Below are positions 63,946 through 64,000 of a stretch of 64,000 nucleotides of DNA, piece after piece. Position 1 is the first letter of the stretch. The number at the start of each line of letters is the position of its first letter. The stretch is taken from contig CAWGIE010000019.1 of NCBI GenBank assembly GCA_963822585.1, positions 128,001-192,000 on the forward strand. Direction: 5' to 3'. Below the pieces are notes generated by a model, which saw only the letters and a list, made by a program, of their open reading frames with translations, was not told the DNA's origin and did no database searches. The DNA comes from an uncultured bacterium (lineage in GTDB: Bacteria; Auribacterota; Erginobacteria; Erginobacterales; Erginobacteraceae). The position numbers and the translations under genes were made by a program.

Positions 63946-64000
63946 TACCTTACTTGAAAAGGTATTTTATAAAACCTTCGTGAACTTCGTGTCCTTCGTG

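Overview
Bacterial chromosome window, mostly GC-rich, from an apparently anaerobic Gram-negative-type organism. The surface-protein architecture reminds me of uncultured PVC-related candidate lineages, but that is recollection and not a database result. Contents in order: (1) 1-9.3 kb and 58.6-62.4 kb hold four secreted modular proteins (SBBP repeats, beta-propellers, Pro/Thr linkers) that share a 40-aa FG-GAP-like repeat module. (2) 9.9-15.5 kb holds housekeeping and accessory genes. (3) An AT-richer cyoABCD operon with a divergent cyoE is followed by a wHTH-nucleotidyltransferase gene with a truncated HEPN-like partner, next to tRNA-Thr(CGT) and its fragment duplications. (4) 23.5-39.4 kb is a dense signalling block: a frameshifted PAS kinase with a NarL-type regulator, Cph1/Rcp1-like genes, a hybrid kinase, pilT, a sigma54 activator, an AbiEii-type TA pair and a four-helix-bundle cassette. 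(5) A complete IS1634-family element sits inside a REP array. (6) Then come molybdenum hydroxylase genes, a PP2C phosphatase and an acyl-CoA thioesterase. (7) An oxidative-stress cluster (rubrerythrin, desulfoferrodoxin, ferritin, NifU-C) ends in a desulforedoxin-like/histone-H1-like fusion. Intergenic DNA is unusually full of REP-like palindromes and inverted 7/8/9-mer arrays. Top hypotheses: a shared six-blade surface-docking module that a trimeric fibre may rebuild as 3x2 blades; a metal/redox-sensing histone-like protein with an internal start site; four-helix-bundle cassettes bounded by inverted short-period repeats; and a diverged ~190-bp element shared upstream of two unrelated genes. 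All family assignments are from motif recognition only; no searches were run.
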